From Eledone cirrhosa (Eukaryota), in NCBI GenBank assembly GCA_964016885.1, contig OZ024740.1:245086001-245150000 (forward strand): DNA of 64,000 nucleotides. The letters are read 5' to 3'. The notes beneath the pieces were generated by a model. The model did no database searches. It was not told the origin of the DNA and saw only the letters and a program-made list of their open reading frames with translations. Of this stretch, positions 57,959 to 64,000 are shown in pieces (position 1 is the stretch's first letter; the number at the start of each line of letters is the position of its first letter). The position numbers and the translations under genes were made by a program.

Positions 57959-58765
57959 CACCCATGCTTCCTCCCATTCAATTAGAAACTATATAACCAT
58001 AGCATGTATATATATATATATGGGGTGGCATGTTGGTGGAATGGTAACACATTAGTACAGACTAATTCTATTTAGTCAAATACGGCATAAGCACATGTTA
58101 CTACCTAATTATATATATGTGGGGGGGGGGGGGGGCTGTTTCTAAATAGATCTATTTCATTGGTAGCCGAAACTAGTGTGTCATCAGTACTTACTAGCCA
58201 CGCTTCATGATCTGCACACATTACTCTCTGATCGAACAGATTTGCCATCTGCTGCATCTTGGTCGCCTGTCTAGGTCAGTGGAATTGTCACCACTATCTT
58301 TTTTGTTTTACTGGAATTAGTCATTCGGTTTAGATAGTGATTGCTCTCGCAGTATCGGTAGAGGGTCGGGCGCCATGCTTTGAAGCATAGAGTTACCTCC
58401 CTTTATGATCTGAGTTCAAATCCCGCCGAGGTTAACTTTGCCTTTCATCCTTACGGGGTCGATAAAATAAAGTAGCAGTAATTCACTGGGATAATTGCTG
58501 GCCTTGTGCCAAAAGTAGAAACAATTATTAATGATACAGTAATTTTTAATTAAAACGGCTTACTACATCAAACATGCAGTAGCGCCTGTTTCTCAAGCAT
58601 CAAGTAATGCTAGGTGGCAGAGTAGCAGAGTTCTAAGAAGATCAGAGAGGATGCTTTTCAGTGTTCGTGTTGACTCTGCAGTGTGGTTTAAAATGTTGCG
58701 GATATCAACTCGGCCTTTCACCCTTTCGAGATCGATAAAAAAATATATTAGTCCAGAACTGTGGG

Positions 58766-58835
<70 letters not shown>

Positions 58836-59961
58836 ACCCTCTCTCTCTCCATCAGTGGAAGAAATAGGCTGTGTTCAGACCTGGAGAGAGGATGGATTCC
58901 GCCAGATTTAAAATTCCCAAGCTCTACCTTATATCACTACGGGTCCAACCATACATATAAATAATGCTAGCGTAATTAACCAATCTCTATTTCCTGAGTG
59001 TGTGGTAGTCCTAGCATCAAGGCAAACATCTTTACTACATGACTTGCTTTCCGCTCTCTTCCCATCCAGCATATTTCCCTAACTACCTGCCAACCCAATC
59101 ACCATATTATCTCTCACTCAGCAACTTGGTCAGCCGCCAAATGTAGCATTACGAAATCCACTGACAAAGGTAGAATTTCACACCTGATTTCTATGTAATT
59201 CGCTATAAAATTAATGCCCAGCGTATTTAAAGTTTTCAATATTTCTCTTCTTATAGAGAAACAATTTCCACTTCTCTCCACCTTTCTAAAGAAATGTGGC
59301 TTTCCTTCCTGTTTACTAACAACTATGCTCTCTTCTTTGTCTAGAACATATGTGTGTCTGTGTGTGAGTGTATATTTATTACTCTTTTACCTGTTCCAGC
59401 CATCCGGCTGAGGCCATACTGGGGCACCGCATATATATATATATATATATAAAATAAAGTTAAATAAAAAGTCAAATGATTAAAATTTAGCTTCGTTTAT
59501 TACTGCTATATATATTTCAGTGACAGCCATCTTTGGGCAGTTTGAATTAGTATGGTATAGACAAGTACATATGTTGTTGAGGTGTATAACCTTGTCAATA
59601 CTCTGATATGCCCAGTTCCTGGTTGGGTTGTTATTTCACTGAGGAACTGGAGTCATATGAATTCAAACAAACGAATTTCAGTGTCAAAGGTCCTCTTCTC
59701 CTCTCATTGGTCAGTTATTAGAACATTCCTCATTCTAAGTGTTGTTATTGTTGGAGTTAGCTTAAAAAATTGATAAAGTGGTAGAGTGACAAGGTATTAA
59801 AGGACAAAATAACAAAAAAAGTGTCAAACGTCCCATTGGTCAGTTCTGAGAGCATTCCTCAGTCAGAAGTCTATAGAATTCTTTCTGGGATGAGGCTCCC
59901 TGTAGTGTTTGTGTTTGCTATTGTTAAGTACATTAGGTATACAACCAGCATAAACTCAAAA

Positions 59962-60003
<42 letters not shown>

Positions 60004-60004
<1 letters not shown>

Positions 60005-60640
60005 TAGCTGAATTACCCGCGCCTTGCTGCGTTTCACACATTTTCTTTTTTTTTTTTTGTAAGAAAATGATGATTGATTTCAAATCAGTGATATAATTTA
60101 TCGAGAAAAAATAAAGGGAAAATGTTAAAAAAGTAGAGGCATTAACTAATAATTTTTGTTGTCATAATTCTAGTGATATTTTGCCATAGATAAAATGTCT
60201 AAATCAGCCAATTTTACTATAAAAGAGAGGTGCTTGTTTTTGTTGATTTACGTTTAATTAATAGAGAAACCCCGTGATAATAGAGGTTCCAATACTCAGA
60301 TTATGGGCTTCCAAAATGTTCACTATAGGGGGTTTAACCCACATTAGGGTGTCTTAATATTATTGAAAGTGCTGAAATTTTGTGAATAGGCATCATATCT
60401 TGTCATTTACCTATGGTTTAAATTTCATATAAATCTAATGGGAAACATTTTAAGCGGGGGCAAGTGGGGGTTAGAGCCCCCGGAGAACCTTTTGATTAAA
60501 ATGAAATATACTTATCCAAGTACCCTGGGCGATATAGTATCAGAATATATATGGTTATGGGGGGTCTATCTCCAAAACCATAGGAGGAGTTCGTGAACAA
60601 ACAAACAAACAGACATGAACTACAACTTTATACATATATT
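60004..60640 (-). mobile_element. Non-autonomous Helitron-like element
   Basis: a|ctagc terminus with a GC-rich hairpin remnant; (acaa)n near the other end; same layout as 52892-53870. Confidence 0.6.
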
Positions 60641-61083
60641 CGATTCGTTTGCAAATTATGCAAACAGCCTCTTTAAGCATGTGAGCAAAATGACCCCGTA
60701 ATTCTTGCTCTTGTATTGGCATATAAACAGAATGGCAGACACTAATGTTTCTGGGTGATTACCCTTCATCAGTACCGTATACTGCTTACCTGCCAACTGT
60801 CAGATCTAGTGAAAATATATTATATTTTCTGGAATATACAGTGACTGATCGGCCTGATTTGCATATTAGTAGACTGCCTGATGAGTCAGATCTGTATATT
60901 AGCAGATTCACTGATCAGCCAGATATGCATATCAGCAGATAGGCCATTCAGTTTCACGTGTACGAGCATAACCACCCAGAAACATTAGTGCCTGCCGTTC
61001 TGTTTATATGCCAAGAGCAAGAATGACGGAGTCATTCTACTGACATAGCTTAAGATGGTGTTTGCATAATTGCAAACGAATCG
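60641..61083. repeat. Diverged inverted repeat (60641-60761 and 60969-61083) with a degenerate HHR at 60738-60776 (-)
   Basis: Minus strand reads ggta-CTGATGA-agggt-aatc-accc-a-GAAA-ca-tta, sharing the stem II design of the 20822 HHR. Confidence 0.7.
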
Positions 61084-61136
61084 ATTATTATTATTAATAC
61101 TTCTTATATATATATATACACACACACATATATATA

Positions 61137-61174
<38 letters not shown>

Positions 61175-61297
61175 GGAGGTGAGTTTTATTGTAGTACAAT
61201 AAAGCAATGCAGATATCGGATAAGAAGCACTCTACAGTTTGTAGGACTGGAGTATACATAATATAAGATCAAAAGATGGTTAAAGGAGTTCCATGTA

Positions 61298-61364
61298 TTT
61301 TATTATGCGCATTTCAAAAACAAACATCATCATGCAATAATATTTGTGTTTTCATCAGATAAAA
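61298..61364 (-). ncRNA. Type I hammerhead ribozyme (left arm of fold-back 61259-61364 / 61427-61532)
   Basis: Reverse complement of 61427-61493. Confidence 0.8.
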
Positions 61365-61426
61365 TATGTTGATTTAAAACTGCACTATCCACAAGTGTTT
61401 TTTAGCCTTCATATCATGTTCTCCTG

Positions 61427-61493
61427 TTTTATCTGATGAAAACACAAATATTATTGCATGATGATGTTTGTTTTTGAAATGCGCATAATAAAA
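61427..61493 (+). ncRNA. Type I hammerhead ribozyme
   Basis: ttttat-CTGATGA-aa..acaaatatta/tgatgtttgt..tt-GAAA-tgcgca-TA-ataaaa. Confidence 0.8.
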
Positions 61494-61525
61494 TACATGG
61501 AACTCCTTTAACCATCTTTTGATCT

Positions 61526-61565
<40 letters not shown>

Positions 61566-61943
61566 CACGACGAGCTTCAGTATTTTCCGCACAAATTCCG
61601 TGCACAAAGCAGGGCTCACCGGAAGGTAACAACATAAGGTACTTATTCAAAGTGCCTGTCAGTGAGGATCGAACTTGGAATCACTTAGCTACAGACTGGC
61701 CTGCACCTATATTAGACAGAATAAAGAGATAAAGTGTATGAAATATCTGTTTTAGTTATGTCGTTGTTCATCCTTCAATTGTTATTGTCGAAGGAGGAAA
61801 CATGACGTGAATAAATAACTTCTCCTGAAGCAGACTTAAGCATCCTGTTAAATATTTTGACAACTCTCTTTCTCCAGTTCAGATAAGAATCATCTTGTAC
61901 TGGAGAAGAACCACTTTGAAATATCAAGGTGCAAACAGCAGAA

Positions 61944-61995
<52 letters not shown>

Positions 61996-62244
61996 ACTTA
62001 CTTTCGTAAAAAATTCGACCGATATTATATTTATTTAACTTATCAAATGTTGGCAACAGTTACACTGGTTTGTTCTGAAAGTGCCAAGAAGCCGTGTGAC
62101 GTCACAACCACCCATTCTGTCATTCTTAAGTTTTTATTGTGATGACGTCAAAAATAAAACCATCTGCTACCGAACTGCACATTTCATTGTTGTTGTTGTA
62201 AACATAATGTTTTATAAATTCTAGTTCCATTCGTAAAGCAGCTG

Positions 62245-62795
62245 CTGAAGTTCAAGTATCTCGGAGACGTGTTCACGAGTGATAAAAGTCTCAATTACGC
62301 GTAAGAAGCTGGTGCAGTAATATGCCAGCTTCAGCATTCGGTCATTAGAAGAAGGGAGGTAGATGTAAAAGCCAAACTCGCTATCTTCAAATTGGTATTC
62401 ATGCCAACCCTTACCTATGGTCATGAATCTTGGTTAATGACCTAAATGGGTTTCCACCGAAGGGATTGTGGAGTAACGTTACTCGATAAAGTGCGTAGAT
62501 CGGAGATCAGAGATCAGAGAGTCTCTCCAGGTAGAGTCGCTACTTCTCCGAATTGAGAGACCACAGCCTTGATAGTATAGATATGTGGTTAGAATGTCTC
62601 AGGAAAGAATCACTGGACACATTTTACGGGCAAAATCAACCGACAGGAGACCCAGGGGTAGACCCCGAGCAAGCTTGGCCGGTCTTGCTTGGGGATCTAG
62701 TCGGATCAGTTGGAGACGGTTGCTTCTTACAGGACCCACGGGAAGGAGTGTTTGAAGACTCTGTCTCTATCCCAACCCTCTCAGGAATAATAATG

Positions 62796-62850
<55 letters not shown>
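62245..62850 (+). mobile_element. RTE-clade LINE 3' end with (AAT)n tail
   Basis: Homologous to 23640-24150. Confidence 0.85.
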
Positions 62851-62853
<3 letters not shown>

Positions 62854-63113
62854 TTTCTTTATTAACCACAAGGGTTTACATAAAGTAGACATTAAAGACA
62901 GTGCAGGACAATGCAGGACGGTACAAATGGGCATTTCTGCGTGTAAAAAAACAAAAAGAGAGGATGTAACAAAAATAACAATGAAAATAACAATGAAAAA
63001 TTCCCCAATAGGGGGGAGACTTCGGAGGGACATTTGTGGAGAAAGCCCAGTAAAAAGCCACAATGACCCTGACCACCAAGGCAAGTGCCCTCTCCCAGTT
63101 TTCCACCTTTAGT

Positions 63114-63983
63114 TTACAGATATATACTCAGAGTCGGCCCATTCACTCGGGCCATTCTTGCTTCTCTCACCCATCTTTCAACAAAATGCTGGGAAGAGAG
63201 CACTTCCCTCTCTACTCTGATTTTCCTTTTCAAATGAAATTTGAAAAAGTCAATCAGAGCATCACCGAAGAGGTAAGTGCTCGTCTTCAGCCCTTTCAAA
63301 CGTGTCCACCATACTATCTCTTTCGCCATTGCCACCAGACAGATAAAAACTGCCTGCCCTTCCCAGCTAAAGGAGGAGGGCGGGGCAATCCTCACGATAG
63401 ACTCAGATGATAGCTGGATCCGTCCTAAACGCGACAGCAGGTGTTCGACATAAACCCACAAGTCAGCAATTTTCGGACACTGGACGAGTGCGTGCAGGAC
63501 GGTTTCGTCGCCCTGCGCGCATCTCGGACATGCCCGGCTGACGGCACCTCCATGCCTGTAGAGTTTATCCCGAACTGGCAAGGCTCCTCGGTAGCACTGC
63601 CAGGCCAGAGATTTCTGGAAGTTGTCCATAGGCCCTGGCCCGAAAGTTCTTCCGAAGAGATTGGCTAGTTGATTTTCGTCGACGCCTAGAGTTTCCCCAA
63701 GTACGTCGTCGCTCTTCCCCTCCACTAATCCTCTATAGAACGCCGAGGTGGAGTTTCCACCGATCACATTGCCCGATTGGTCGAGGGCTGTGAGCGCCTG
63801 AAGACATTCCAGTCTCCAGGCGCTCCCTCTCGGTCTTCGCTTGACCCAGGACTGCAGCTCCGTCAAGGAAACGAGCTGGGGAAAAACGCGTCTAGCAAAC
63901 GGCGACCACACCTGATCACCGTCGAGGAAGAGGTGGAGATGTCGTAGCCTGAGCGCGTGCCTGCGCATCATCAGCCACGGCAT
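63114..63983 (-). CDS. C-terminal part of a Tx1/L1-clade LINE ORF2 (CCHC zinc-knuckle region); the element extends beyond the window, with its 3' UTR reaching about 62852
   Basis: Uninterrupted 289-aa frame with AWQCYRGALPV...CPRCAQGDETVLHALVQC; the 3' end gtggttaataaagaaat abuts the (AAT)n tract. Confidence 0.9.
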   Translation of the reverse strand: MPWLMMRRHALRLRHLHLFLDGDQVWSPFARRVFPQLVSLTELQSWVKRRPRGSAWRLECLQALTALDQSGNVIGGNSTSAFYRGLVEGKSDDVLGETLGVDENQLANLFGRTFGPGPMDNFQKSLAWQCYRGALPVRDKLYRHGGAVSRACPRCAQGDETVLHALVQCPKIADLWVYVEHLLSRLGRIQLSSESIVRIAPPSSFSWEGQAVFICLVAMAKEIVWWTRLKGLKTSTYLFGDALIDFFKFHLKRKIRVEREVLSSQHFVERWVREARMARVNGPTLSIYL

Positions 63984-64000
63984 GCCCAGCCCTCCACGTA

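Noticed and set aside
58141-58192. Minus-strand CTGATGA...GAAA-tagatcta-TT
   Set aside because: A palindromic stem III is present, but stem I and the base of stem II do not pair.

Overview
This window is AT-rich, repeat-dense, mostly non-genic eukaryotic DNA with one 200-N scaffold gap at 8576-8775. The SINE types and microsatellite load suggest a mollusc, probably an octopod cephalopod (inference). Almost all ORFs in the supplied track are artefacts of micro- or minisatellites. The recognisable protein remnants all come from retrotransposons: Penelope-like elements (PLE; YRDD-type RT, C-terminal GIY-YIG endonuclease), RTE-clade LINEs and a Tx1/L1-clade ORF2 end. There are also tRNA-derived SINEs, Helitron-type elements, MITEs and one candidate host exon (50689-51040). 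The dominant signal missing from the ORF track is RNA-level: about 26 type I hammerhead ribozyme (HHR) motifs from many unrelated sequence families, found by eye. The standout is an array of apparently identical 310-bp monomers (8776-12585), each with an HHR, which flips orientation at 11801. A second element has a 466-bp period, about 1.35 turns, and an inverted head (36500-37229). Both look like retrozyme-type elements that make small circular RNAs and are mobilised by PLE machinery into (TA)n tracts. All structures were paired by hand; no folding or database search was run.
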